Assembly (NCBI GenBank): GCA_040384505.1
Contig: JAZKJB010000292.1
Span: 1 to 34,800, forward strand
Length of the DNA: 34,800 nt
Reading direction: 5' to 3'
From: Bdellovibrionota bacterium
GTDB lineage: Bacteria > Bdellovibrionota > Bdellovibrionia > Bdellovibrionales > JAMPXM01
This document shows, one piece after another, positions 8,001 to 16,066 of this stretch (positions are counted from its first letter, which is position 1; each line of letters begins with the position of its first letter). The notes under the pieces are model-generated. The model was not told where the DNA came from and did not search any database. It worked only from the letters and a program-made list of their open reading frames with translations. The translations under genes were made by a program, and so were the position numbers.

Positions 8001-9061
8001 TCGTCGCCGCGATCGAGCTCGCAGGTTCGGTCCCCAGTTTCAGGTGGATCCAAAGAGCGTTCAGAACCGCGATCGAATATTTCCTCGATTCGTTCTCGGG
8101 CTTGTCGGGACCGAATTCCTATTTGACGTCGGCAGACTTCATCCACGTCGTGAAGCTCATCGAGCAAAATCCAATTCACGATTCGATTTTCGTCGCGAGC
8201 CTGGTCCTTTGGGTCCGCTTCTGGCGAAAGCTTCCCAGCGACCGCCTCGCGTACGGAGTCCTTTTCCTTTTTGCGTCGGCGATGCTCGTCCTTCACAACC
8301 AAAAGCTTCCGTTTTTCATCTACGCGATCCTGCCGTGCTTGATTCTCGGTGCAGGATATTCATGGAAGGCGTTTTGGCCACGGTTGCTCGAGTCTTCCCG
8401 TTTCATTCCGGCTTTGGCGATCACGCTGAGTCTTTGTCTCGTAACTGCGGCTCGTGCGACATTCCATTCACTGACGGAGAACGGCAACGACCTACAGCTG
8501 GCGACCTTGCGTCCCCTCCAAGCATTCATCAAAGAAGAGCGGATCGAAAACTACTACGACGCGATCGGGCTCTTCCCACGGCTCAATCGAATTTTCGCGT
8601 TTCCCAGTCCGAACGACCGGAATAATTCCGTCATCATGACTGTCGTCAGGAATGCGAAGCCCGATCTCTTTCTTTACGTCACTCGGAGTCTCGAGCTCGA
8701 ACCTGCGCTCGCGTTTTTTCTCGGGGATTCTTATGTCGATATCGGCGGCGGCGCATGGCTAAGGGCCGTTCAATTGAAGAAGCTAAAGGCTTCGAAGGAC
8801 GCGAGTGGTGAATGCGGCATGGCTCATAGCGAACTCGGGCCGATCGCCCGCGAAAGGCTCGGAGGAGATCGAGTGAAGCTCTTCGAATTCGATTCGACCG
8901 GCTTCGTTTCGCTCATCGACCCAGAAATCGATCTCGCGAAAGAAGGATGGCTCAGGTGGCCATGCGAAGGCAAAAGCCTCGCTCTCTCGACCATCCGACC
9001 ACGTGCGCTTTCACGCAAGCTCGACTTAAGATTCTTGTTCGGGTTCGACTCGAACTACTGA
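7958..9061 (+). CDS. C-terminal part of the same GT-C-like membrane protein: more TM helices plus a soluble, probably periplasmic, domain of about 190 aa
   Basis: The track start is TTG 7958, and the first ATG is at 7973 (MAFVMPPFLIVAAIELAG). TM-rich up to about residue 175, then hydrophilic. This frame is open from 7886, so it overlaps the end of 7356..8000. Confidence 0.55.
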   Translation: MLGVTMAFVMPPFLIVAAIELAGSVPSFRWIQRAFRTAIEYFLDSFSGLSGPNSYLTSADFIHVVKLIEQNPIHDSIFVASLVLWVRFWRKLPSDRLAYGVLFLFASAMLVLHNQKLPFFIYAILPCLILGAGYSWKAFWPRLLESSRFIPALAITLSLCLVTAARATFHSLTENGNDLQLATLRPLQAFIKEERIENYYDAIGLFPRLNRIFAFPSPNDRNNSVIMTVVRNAKPDLFLYVTRSLELEPALAFFLGDSYVDIGGGAWLRAVQLKKLKASKDASGECGMAHSELGPIARERLGGDRVKLFEFDSTGFVSLIDPEIDLAKEGWLRWPCEGKSLALSTIRPRALSRKLDLRFLFGFDSNY

Positions 9062-10192
9062 TCAGCCGTTTCGGTAGCACGAAACGGTTGCGTACGTGAC
9101 TTCCGTCGACCCGTACTGAGCAGGAACTGCCGTCGTGAAGCCCAGCTGCTGACTCGTGAGCGTCGTTTCACCCGGAAATACCGGACTCGGATAGGTACTA
9201 TATTGGCAGCGGTGACGAACTCGATAAGTCGTCGTGGACGAAATGACGAAGACCACCTCGAGTTGTGCGTTCGAAGGAACGGAGTATCTCTGCGGCGAAC
9301 TCGATGGTCCGCCTCTGCAACCGGTGCACACGACGCCAGCGCTAGTTTCCCATTCGATGAAGTGAGTTCCGACCTTAAAAGCCGGGGCAGTGATCCGGCA
9401 TTGATAGCTGCCAGGCTGAAACGTGATTTGCCCACCCGCGATGGTCACGTTGTTGGCTGGATCTTGAATTCTGCGATTCATGTTTCGCGTCACGCTGCCG
9501 CCCGAGCAAGGCCCTGCACCGGCACCGGTCAATACTTCCGTAACCAAGATCGGATCGAAGCGTGTTCCGACTCCTCTAGTGACGTCGACTTTATAGTTGT
9601 CGGGATTGATCGCCAGATTGAGTGCCTCTTGGACGGCGGCCGTCATCACGGGCTTCGCGATGACTCTGACAGTTGGAGTGAGGCACGGGGAAGTCGTCTG
9701 GCATTGATGGATGACACGGATCGACCAGCGGATCGGGCAAGCTGTCGATGAGTATGTCGTGCAGTTGGTTCCTTTCGCCGAGAAACCGTTCGTTGCACCA
9801 GTCGGATCAAAAAAGACGTTCCCGTTCGTTTCGGACATCACGAGAGTGTCGAGGACGCCGCCGAAAGGATCGACCGTCGAGCTGTTGTCGGCACAGCCTA
9901 AAGCCGGAATGGGCGTAGGCCGAAGGCAGGTATACTCAGGTTTTCCATCGTTCGCCGTGTTGTTGATCATCTTCGACCAAGCGATCGAATCCTTCACGAG
10001 AGCTTCGATTTTCAACTTCTGAGCCGAGAGCAGCGCTTTGATGTTCGCGGCGTTCTGCTGCTTTCCCATCTCGGTGAGAAGCGACGTCAATCCAAGTCCG
10101 ACGACACCCATGATGCCGACGGCGATCATGACTTCCACGAGGGAGAAGCCCTTGGAGTTGCGGATTTTTCGATGGTTCGAAGTCTTCGTCAT
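9062..10192 (-). CDS. prepilin-type N-terminal cleavage/methylation domain protein with a large Cys-rich C-terminal domain
   Basis: MTKTSNHRKIRNSKG|FSLVEVMIAVGIMGVVGLGL is a class III signal (G/FxxxE with Glu at +5 plus a hydrophobic helix). AGGAG lies 7 nt upstream of ATG 10192, so the track start 10243 is rejected. The mature part has 12 Cys and Ser/Thr-rich stretches. Confidence 0.85.
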   Translation of the reverse strand: MTKTSNHRKIRNSKGFSLVEVMIAVGIMGVVGLGLTSLLTEMGKQQNAANIKALLSAQKLKIEALVKDSIAWSKMINNTANDGKPEYTCLRPTPIPALGCADNSSTVDPFGGVLDTLVMSETNGNVFFDPTGATNGFSAKGTNCTTYSSTACPIRWSIRVIHQCQTTSPCLTPTVRVIAKPVMTAAVQEALNLAINPDNYKVDVTRGVGTRFDPILVTEVLTGAGAGPCSGGSVTRNMNRRIQDPANNVTIAGGQITFQPGSYQCRITAPAFKVGTHFIEWETSAGVVCTGCRGGPSSSPQRYSVPSNAQLEVVFVISSTTTYRVRHRCQYSTYPSPVFPGETTLTSQQLGFTTAVPAQYGSTEVTYATVSCYRNG

Positions 10193-10324
10193 GTTGTCGC
10201 TCCTGTCGGCCCCAGGCCCTAGGTCCTGATCGGAATCCCGCACCGGAAAGTGAAGAGATCGCGGGAGCGTGGAGCCCCGTGAGACGCTCTTCGTTTCACA
10301 GTGAGACGTATCGGAAAAAGTGTA

Positions 10325-11062
10325 TCAGAAAGTCGTGAGACGCCGAACGAAATCGCGGCTTTCGTAGCGCGTCCAATGACTCATGATGGTCGCGAAAAAC
10401 CGCGGCCCGTCGAGGAGCACGCTGAGCTTCGAGCGACCGATGCGGCGGTCATAGCGGATCGGGCGTTCGCCCAGTGGGATGCCTTTGCTCAAGCAGTGCA
10501 TCGTCATGGCCAGCGAATAGTCGAGGTCGTCCGGCAGATCGTCACCGCGGAAGAACTCTCGGCACTCCCGTCGAAAGACCCTGAGCCCCGTCGTGCTGTC
10601 GTAAACGCGCTGACGGAAGAGCATGTTGATCGTCGCGACGAAGAAGGTGTTCCCGATTCGCCGGGTGATCGGCATGTTCTCGCACGAGCTCAAGCGGTCC
10701 CCGCAGACGACGTGTAAACTTTCTTTGTCGAGCTGCTCGATCATCGGCACGAGGTCGAACGGATCGTAGGTGTGATCCATGTCGTAGAACGCGATCAGAT
10801 CGCCGGTGGCATGAGCGAGACCGCGCTTGATGGCGCCGCCGTAACCGAGCCGCACTTCATTGGACACCAGTCGTGCCCATTCGAACTTTCGGACTTCGTC
10901 GGCCGATCGATCACTCGAACCGTCGTCGACCACGATGACTTCGAGATCGGAGAAGCCTGCGGCATGGAGATGCGCGCGAAAGTCGTGCGCGCGCGCCAGC
11001 ACCGTGGAAACGGCATTTTCCTCGTTCAAACAGGGAATGACGATCGAAAGTCGACGTGACAT
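10325..11062 (-). CDS. GT2 family, Dpm1/ArnC-like polyprenyl-phosphate glycosyltransferase (soluble type)
   Basis: MSRRLSIVIPCLNEENAVSTVL, LEVIVVDDGSSDRS, GYGGAIKRGLAHATGDLIAFYDMDHTYDP, RRIGNTFFVATINMLF...YDSTTGLRVFRRE. No TM helices. Confidence 0.8.
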   Translation of the reverse strand: MSRRLSIVIPCLNEENAVSTVLARAHDFRAHLHAAGFSDLEVIVVDDGSSDRSADEVRKFEWARLVSNEVRLGYGGAIKRGLAHATGDLIAFYDMDHTYDPFDLVPMIEQLDKESLHVVCGDRLSSCENMPITRRIGNTFFVATINMLFRQRVYDSTTGLRVFRRECREFFRGDDLPDDLDYSLAMTMHCLSKGIPLGERPIRYDRRIGRSKLSVLLDGPRFFATIMSHWTRYESRDFVRRLTTF

Positions 11063-11293
11063 GAGCGCACATTCCACCGCTCGAGCCCCGATGAGTCAAA
11101 GAAAATGGATGTGACGCCAGGCCTCGCATTCAACTTGATTTGTCGAGTGTGCGCACTTCCCTTCACCGTTGGCCCCTCGCGAGTTCCGTTTGCTTCACAT
11201 GGCTCCCGAGCCTTTCACGCGCCTCGCGCCATGTGGTCCCTTGAGAGCTGCTAACAAGGGCTCACGGGCAATAATTACGGAGGAGGAACTCAT

Positions 11294-11896
11294 ATGATCA
11301 ATCGTATCTTCGGAAGTCTGATGGCGTTCGCGCTGGTCGCGTTCGGTCTGATGGCTCCGGCAAACGCACAAGAAAATGCCACGACGGTGACGGGCGAACT
11401 GCCGCGTACGATGGCCGCACCCATCCGGATCATTCCGGTCGCGGGAGCATCGAGCTTCGCGCGCAGTCAGGACATCAAAACCGATCGTTTCGACGACGGC
11501 TTCTCGATGGGCCTCCTCGCGGATTTCGGATCGAGTTGGCTCACGTTCGAAACCGGGATCCTGAGCCTTCAGTCGCGCGGCGTGACGAGCGACAACAACA
11601 CGTCGGCAGCCGTCGACGTCGATAGCTGGGGCATTCCCTTGCTGGCGAAGATGAACTTCTCGGGTAAACCGCATGAAACGGTTTTCTTGAAAGCCGGCGT
11701 GATGCCGTTCCGCACGGGCGGCGACGTCGAAGACACCGACATCATGGGTGTCGCAGGCATCGGTGGCGCGATTCCGCTCGGCCGCAACTCTTCGTTGCAG
11801 CTTGATGCGGCTTTCAACCGTTCGTTCACGACGGGTGGCGACCTGACCGACTACCAAGGTCTCTCGCTCCTCGCGGGTCTCGCCTTCAATCTCTAA
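11294..11896 (+). CDS. small outer-membrane beta-barrel protein (OmpA-TM/OmpW-like)
   Basis: GGAGGAGG RBS upstream. Signal peptide MINRIFGSLMAFALVAFGLMAPANA|QE. Alternating hydrophobic beta-strand pattern, with a C-terminal LSLLAGLAFNL. Confidence 0.8.
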   Translation: MINRIFGSLMAFALVAFGLMAPANAQENATTVTGELPRTMAAPIRIIPVAGASSFARSQDIKTDRFDDGFSMGLLADFGSSWLTFETGILSLQSRGVTSDNNTSAAVDVDSWGIPLLAKMNFSGKPHETVFLKAGVMPFRTGGDVEDTDIMGVAGIGGAIPLGRNSSLQLDAAFNRSFTTGGDLTDYQGLSLLAGLAFNL

Positions 11897-11932
11897 GGTT
11901 TAATGCACCGGTACACGGTGCGCTATCCGCAT

Positions 11933-11968
11933 CCCTCGGATCTTTGCTGATCCGGGGGATTTCCTTTT
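11933..11968 (+). terminator. rho-independent terminator after the OMP gene (also lies in the aidB-like leader)
   Basis: CCCTCGGATC(11933-42)-tttgct-GATCCGGGGG(11949-58) forms a 10-bp stem with one G.U pair, followed by ATTTCCTTTT. Confidence 0.65.
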
Positions 11969-11979
11969 AGACTGGGTGC

Positions 11980-13506
11980 ATGGATTTCCACCAGGCCCCT
12001 CCCACGCTCTCGAATACTTTTCTCTCCGACTCCAACTTGAAAGACGTGTTGAAGAAATACGTCGCTCCCGACTTTCTTTCCACCATCGAAAAACATCTCG
12101 ATCACGTCGGCGAGCTCGCGTGCGGCAAGTGGCTCGAATGGAGCCGCGAGGCGGAAGCGCGGCCACCCGAACTCACGACGTTCGACCCGTGGGGACGCCG
12201 AATCGATCGAATCCGCATGAGCGAGGGCTGGAAAAATCTCGAGGCTGCCGCTGCGACAGAAGGTATCGTCGCCTCGGGCTACGAACGAAAGTTCGGCGAT
12301 CGGTCGAGAGTTTATCAAGCCGCCCTTCTCTATCTCTTCCATCCCTCGAGCGCATTCGTGTCGTGCCCGCTCGCGATGACGGATGGAGCGGCACGCGCGA
12401 TCGAGCTCTACGGTGACGACGAGCTGAAGAAGAACGCCTTCACTCGCCTGACCTCGCGTGACCCTTCGAAGTTCTGGACTTCGGGACAATGGATGACGGA
12501 GAAGACCGGGGGCTCCGACGTTTCGGGAACGTCGACGATCGCGTCGCCATCGAGTCGTCCCATCGACGGCTTCGACTGGAAGCTCGACGGAGTGAAGTGG
12601 TTTACTTCCGCGACGACCTCGCAAATGGCGATGCTGCTCGCGAGACCCGACGGAGCCGAACTCGGCAGTCGCGGCTTGAGTCTTTTCTACACCGAGCTTC
12701 GCGACGGTAACGGCGCCCTGAAGAACATCGAAATTCTCCGGCTGAAAGACAAGCTCGGCACTCGTGCGCTCGCGACGGCCGAGCTCCACCTTCGCGGCAC
12801 GCCGGCCAAGCTCGTCGGCAGCGAAGGCGGCGGCGTGCGAAAAATTTCTTCGCTTTTCAACATCACGCGAGTCTACAACTCCGTTTGCGCAACCGGCCAC
12901 TTTCGCCGAGCCCTCGATCTGGCGCAAAGCTATTCGCGAGTTCGAGAAGCCTTCGGACGCAGGCTCGTCGATCATCCTCTGCACGCGGCGACTCTCGAGC
13001 ATCTCGAAGACGAATATGCGAAGTGTCTCGAGCTCTCGTTCTACGTCGCTCACCTTCTCGGTAAAGACGAGTGCGGTACGGCGAGCGAAGACGAGCGCAT
13101 CCTGCTGCGCGCGCTGACTCCGATCGTGAAACTTTTCACGGCGAAGCGATGCATGGAAGGTGTCAGCGAAGTCGTCGAGCTTTTCGGCGGAGCCGGGTAC
13201 GTCGAGGACACGGGAATTCCGACTCTTCTGCGCGATGCCCAGGTGTTTTCCATTTGGGAAGGGACGACGAACGTGCTGTCGTTGGACTTCCTTCGCGCCC
13301 TCGAAAAGGAAAATGCGGCACCGATCCTACTGAAGAAGATCCAAAACGATTTCGCATCGGCGATCGAAGGGCCGGCAAAAGCGCCGTGGGAAACCATGCA
13401 GTCGATTCTGAAAAATGCGAAGGGTGATCGGGCTAGTCTCGAGCGCGAAGCTCGTCGCCTCGCCTTCGCCGTCGCTGAAATCGTCGCACTAGGATTACGG
13501 ACCTGA
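11980..13506 (+). CDS. acyl-CoA dehydrogenase family protein, AidB-like
   Basis: The 508-aa protein is collinear by eye with E. coli AidB: PPTLSNTFLSDSNL, FDPWGRRIDRIRMSEGW, GQWMTEKTGGSDVSGTST, KWFTSA, LKDKLGTRALATAEL, SIWEGTTNV. Confidence 0.9.
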   Translation: MDFHQAPPTLSNTFLSDSNLKDVLKKYVAPDFLSTIEKHLDHVGELACGKWLEWSREAEARPPELTTFDPWGRRIDRIRMSEGWKNLEAAAATEGIVASGYERKFGDRSRVYQAALLYLFHPSSAFVSCPLAMTDGAARAIELYGDDELKKNAFTRLTSRDPSKFWTSGQWMTEKTGGSDVSGTSTIASPSSRPIDGFDWKLDGVKWFTSATTSQMAMLLARPDGAELGSRGLSLFYTELRDGNGALKNIEILRLKDKLGTRALATAELHLRGTPAKLVGSEGGGVRKISSLFNITRVYNSVCATGHFRRALDLAQSYSRVREAFGRRLVDHPLHAATLEHLEDEYAKCLELSFYVAHLLGKDECGTASEDERILLRALTPIVKLFTAKRCMEGVSEVVELFGGAGYVEDTGIPTLLRDAQVFSIWEGTTNVLSLDFLRALEKENAAPILLKKIQNDFASAIEGPAKAPWETMQSILKNAKGDRASLEREARRLAFAVAEIVALGLRT

Positions 13507-14157
13507 TCACGTTCCCGCGAGGATCCAAGCCCGGAAGACGTCGGGCTTGGGAACGGCTTCGATCAAGAGACGGGTGCAGGTCTCCTCGCCTTTGGCCTGG
13601 AGAGTCCGGCAACGAAGCGTCATTTCGTGGTCGCCATTGAAGATTCGAACGTCCAGCGAGCCTTTCGCTCCCTCGGGGAGCGGAGACTTCAACTTGATTC
13701 CACCCATCGAGATGTTCAATGACTCGTTCTGATGGATTTTGCCGCCGATCACCATCTGCAGTCGCAAGCGCAGGATGAATCGCGGGCTCGACCTCTTGTC
13801 GGCCGCGTTGTTCGTCTCGCGCGCACTGTCGACGTTCACGAGCGAGATTTGCGATTCCGCATCCGGATCCGAGTCGTACTGAAGTCGTTTACCAGCGTCG
13901 GCTTTTTGCTGCTTCGTGCTTCCCGCCATGGGAGGGGGCTTCGGAGGGGCGTTGAAAAATCCGGACGATTTCTGGAGTTCCTCATGGACCTCAAAGGCCG
14001 GCCGCCAGAAATCGGTCCCTTCCTGCCATAGCATCCACTCGTCGAGCGACGCACGGGACAGGCACTTGAGCAGTGCCTGAACTTGCAAAGTGCGGAGCCC
14101 GTCGATCCGGGTATCTTCCGCGGAGTTGTAGAGACTCCAGAAACAGTCGACCATCAT
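13507..14157 (-). CDS. GYF_2(DUF4339)-like N-terminal domain plus C-terminal PilZ domain protein (putative c-di-GMP receptor)
   Basis: PilZ motifs are KRSSPR (RxxxR) and NISMGG (D/NxSxxG) about 25 aa later. The N-terminus FWSLY...GL...LDEWMLWQEGTDFWRPAFEVHEEL matches the GYF_2 pattern. Confidence 0.75.
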   Translation of the reverse strand: MMVDCFWSLYNSAEDTRIDGLRTLQVQALLKCLSRASLDEWMLWQEGTDFWRPAFEVHEELQKSSGFFNAPPKPPPMAGSTKQQKADAGKRLQYDSDPDAESQISLVNVDSARETNNAADKRSSPRFILRLRLQMVIGGKIHQNESLNISMGGIKLKSPLPEGAKGSLDVRIFNGDHEMTLRCRTLQAKGEETCTRLLIEAVPKPDVFRAWILAGT

Positions 14158-14211
14158 CTTCCCATGATAGTAGGCGGGTTTAATCCATCATACTGGACTC
14201 AGGACGTGGTT

Positions 14212-14247
14212 CTCGAAAAAGAAACGCCCCTCCAGGAGGAGAGGCGT
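14212..14247 (-). terminator. rho-independent terminator after the hemerythrin gene
   Basis: Minus strand reads ACGCCUCUCC-uccu-GGAGGGGCGU, a 10-bp stem at 14224-14247, followed by UUCUUUUUCG. Confidence 0.75.
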
Positions 14248-14276
14248 CTAGGGTCATCTCGAGTTCGGCGAATCGA

Positions 14277-14807
14277 TCAAGAGCGCGAGAGCAGGTTCTT
14301 GAATCCGCCGACGAAGCGCTGAGGCATCATGTTCGTGATCATGTCGATCGTCGTCTGCACGAAACCTTCTTCTCTCACTTCCGGCTTCATCTGCTCGAAA
14401 GCTTCACCGAGTGCTTCGGCTTCTTCGATCGCCAGGACTTGGCGAGCCGCTGAGAAGATCGTTCCTTCTTCTTCTTCGATATGGTGGAGAAGTGCGTCTT
14501 GGAGTTTGCGCGCGGTTTGCTGCCAGCCGATATCGACTTTGTCCGCGACCTGAAGCGTACGAAGCAGGCCCTCCGCCATCATGTGTTCCTGATATCCGTG
14601 TGCCACGAGGTCTTTCACCTCGTCGATCTCACGAAGTGAATTGTAGAAAACGGCTTCTTCGGCGCGAGAATGCGGAATCAGCTCGTCGCGGATCTGGTTG
14701 ATCAACGCGTTTCGAGTTTCTTTGTCCGCGTCGGCCGAGCCGACGAGGCGCTCGAGAAGAGCCTTCACGGTTTCGTGGTCTTTTTTGAGAGCGTCGTAAA
14801 TCAACAT
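14277..14807 (-). CDS. hemerythrin (HHE cation-binding) domain protein
   Basis: MLIYDALKKDHETVKALLERL...HSRAEEAVFY...HGYQEHMMAE...LLHHIEEEE shows the His/Glu ligand pattern of hemerythrin-like proteins. A GGAGG RBS is present. Confidence 0.88.
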   Translation of the reverse strand: MLIYDALKKDHETVKALLERLVGSADADKETRNALINQIRDELIPHSRAEEAVFYNSLREIDEVKDLVAHGYQEHMMAEGLLRTLQVADKVDIGWQQTARKLQDALLHHIEEEEGTIFSAARQVLAIEEAEALGEAFEQMKPEVREEGFVQTTIDMITNMMPQRFVGGFKNLLSRS

Positions 14808-14998
14808 ATGGAAGTTCCTCCGTTTGAGAGCGTCAGTCTGACTGATCGAAAGTTAATTGATAACGACCTGCGGAAGCTCGCGATCCTGCGAATAAATGTT
14901 TTAGTCCTCAGCACTTGACCTGCTTTCACACGGGAGGAGCGGTGCGCCGCCCCAATTTCGACGTGCGAAAGACGTCACAATCGTTCTACGATTCGGTG

Positions 14999-16066
14999 AT
15001 GCCGAAACTCGAGATCGTCGTTCTCACCTATCGACGTGCGAATCTTCTTCGCCGCTGCCTCCAGAGCCTGGAGCTCTCGGCAGCGAAGGCGTCGTCGCGC
15101 GTTCGCACGATCGTCGTCGTGAACGGCGAAGACGCGGAGACGTCTGCCGAGCTCGTACGACTCGCCAACGAGCTCGGTTCTCTCGAAATCGAAATCGTCG
15201 AATCGGACCAACGCCTGCCGTGCGGCTTCGCGCGAAATGCCGGCGTCGAACGATGCAGCGGGGACTGGATCTATTTCGCGGACGACGACGCGTGGGTCTC
15301 CGAGGATTTCATGGATACCTTCGGCGCAACCATCGCTCGAGATCCAGGTCTTGTCGTCATCGGTGGCCCCAACGTCACGGCACCGACGATGACCGATTTT
15401 CAAAAAATCGCGGGACGCGTTCTCGGCTCTCGACTTGCTGCGGGCCCGTTTTCTCGCCGGTACCGCTCGGGAGGAGAGATCACGACGGTCGACGACGATC
15501 ACGCCCTCATCCTTTGTAACCTCTTCGTGAAACGATCGGCCCTCGCCGACTATCGCTTTCCCGCGGAGCTGAGCTGCGCGGAAGAAAATCACATGCTTCA
15601 CTTTCTCGACACGCAGGTTCCGGGGGAAGCGAAGATCTTTCATCCCGGTCTCGCGGTTTTTCACGAACGTGCGCACGACTTTACGCGTTTCGCTTCCTCG
15701 GCTCTTCGTTACGGACGCGGTCGCGGCGAGTTGATCGCGATCGACGGTTGGTCCGTCGCGAGCTCGCGGCTGGTTCTAATGGCACTCATCGTGGCTTCGA
15801 TCGCGGTCGTGATCTTGCCGATCGCTTGGCTCGGGAGCTATTTCGCTGTCGTCGCACTGAATGGAATGGCGATCGCTTTACGCGCGAAAAGCTTGCGGGC
15901 GTTGGCACTCGCGCCTCTGCTCACGCTCGCTCTTCACTTGCTTTATCCCATGGGGGTCGTGATCGGGATTCTCCAGACACCCTCGAAGTCCCTTCGAACG
16001 ATGAGCGCACCCATTCTAGCCTTGGCCGAAGCTCGTTCGAGCCGACGAGCGCGACGCCGCGACTGA
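14999..16066 (+). CDS. GT2 family glycosyltransferase with C-terminal TM helices (same subfamily as 5504..6484 and 6428..7288)
   Basis: MPKLEIVVLTYRRANLLRRCLQSL, ARNAGVERCSGDWIYFADDDAWV, VIGGPNV. C-terminal helices LVLMALIVASIAVVILPIAWLGSYFAVVAL and LAPLLTLALHLLYPMGVVIGIL. The start is uncertain: the track uses TTG 14915, and a GTG at 14941 lies too close to GGGAGGAG. Confidence 0.78.
   Translation: MPKLEIVVLTYRRANLLRRCLQSLELSAAKASSRVRTIVVVNGEDAETSAELVRLANELGSLEIEIVESDQRLPCGFARNAGVERCSGDWIYFADDDAWVSEDFMDTFGATIARDPGLVVIGGPNVTAPTMTDFQKIAGRVLGSRLAAGPFSRRYRSGGEITTVDDDHALILCNLFVKRSALADYRFPAELSCAEENHMLHFLDTQVPGEAKIFHPGLAVFHERAHDFTRFASSALRYGRGRGELIAIDGWSVASSRLVLMALIVASIAVVILPIAWLGSYFAVVALNGMAIALRAKSLRALALAPLLTLALHLLYPMGVVIGILQTPSKSLRTMSAPILALAEARSSRRARRRD

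Noticed and set aside
11195-13053. ORFs 11195..11857 (220 aa) and 11923..13053 (376 aa) on the minus strand
   Set aside because: They are antisense shadows of the OM beta-barrel gene and the AidB-like gene. Both of those have clear signal peptide or family motifs on the + strand.
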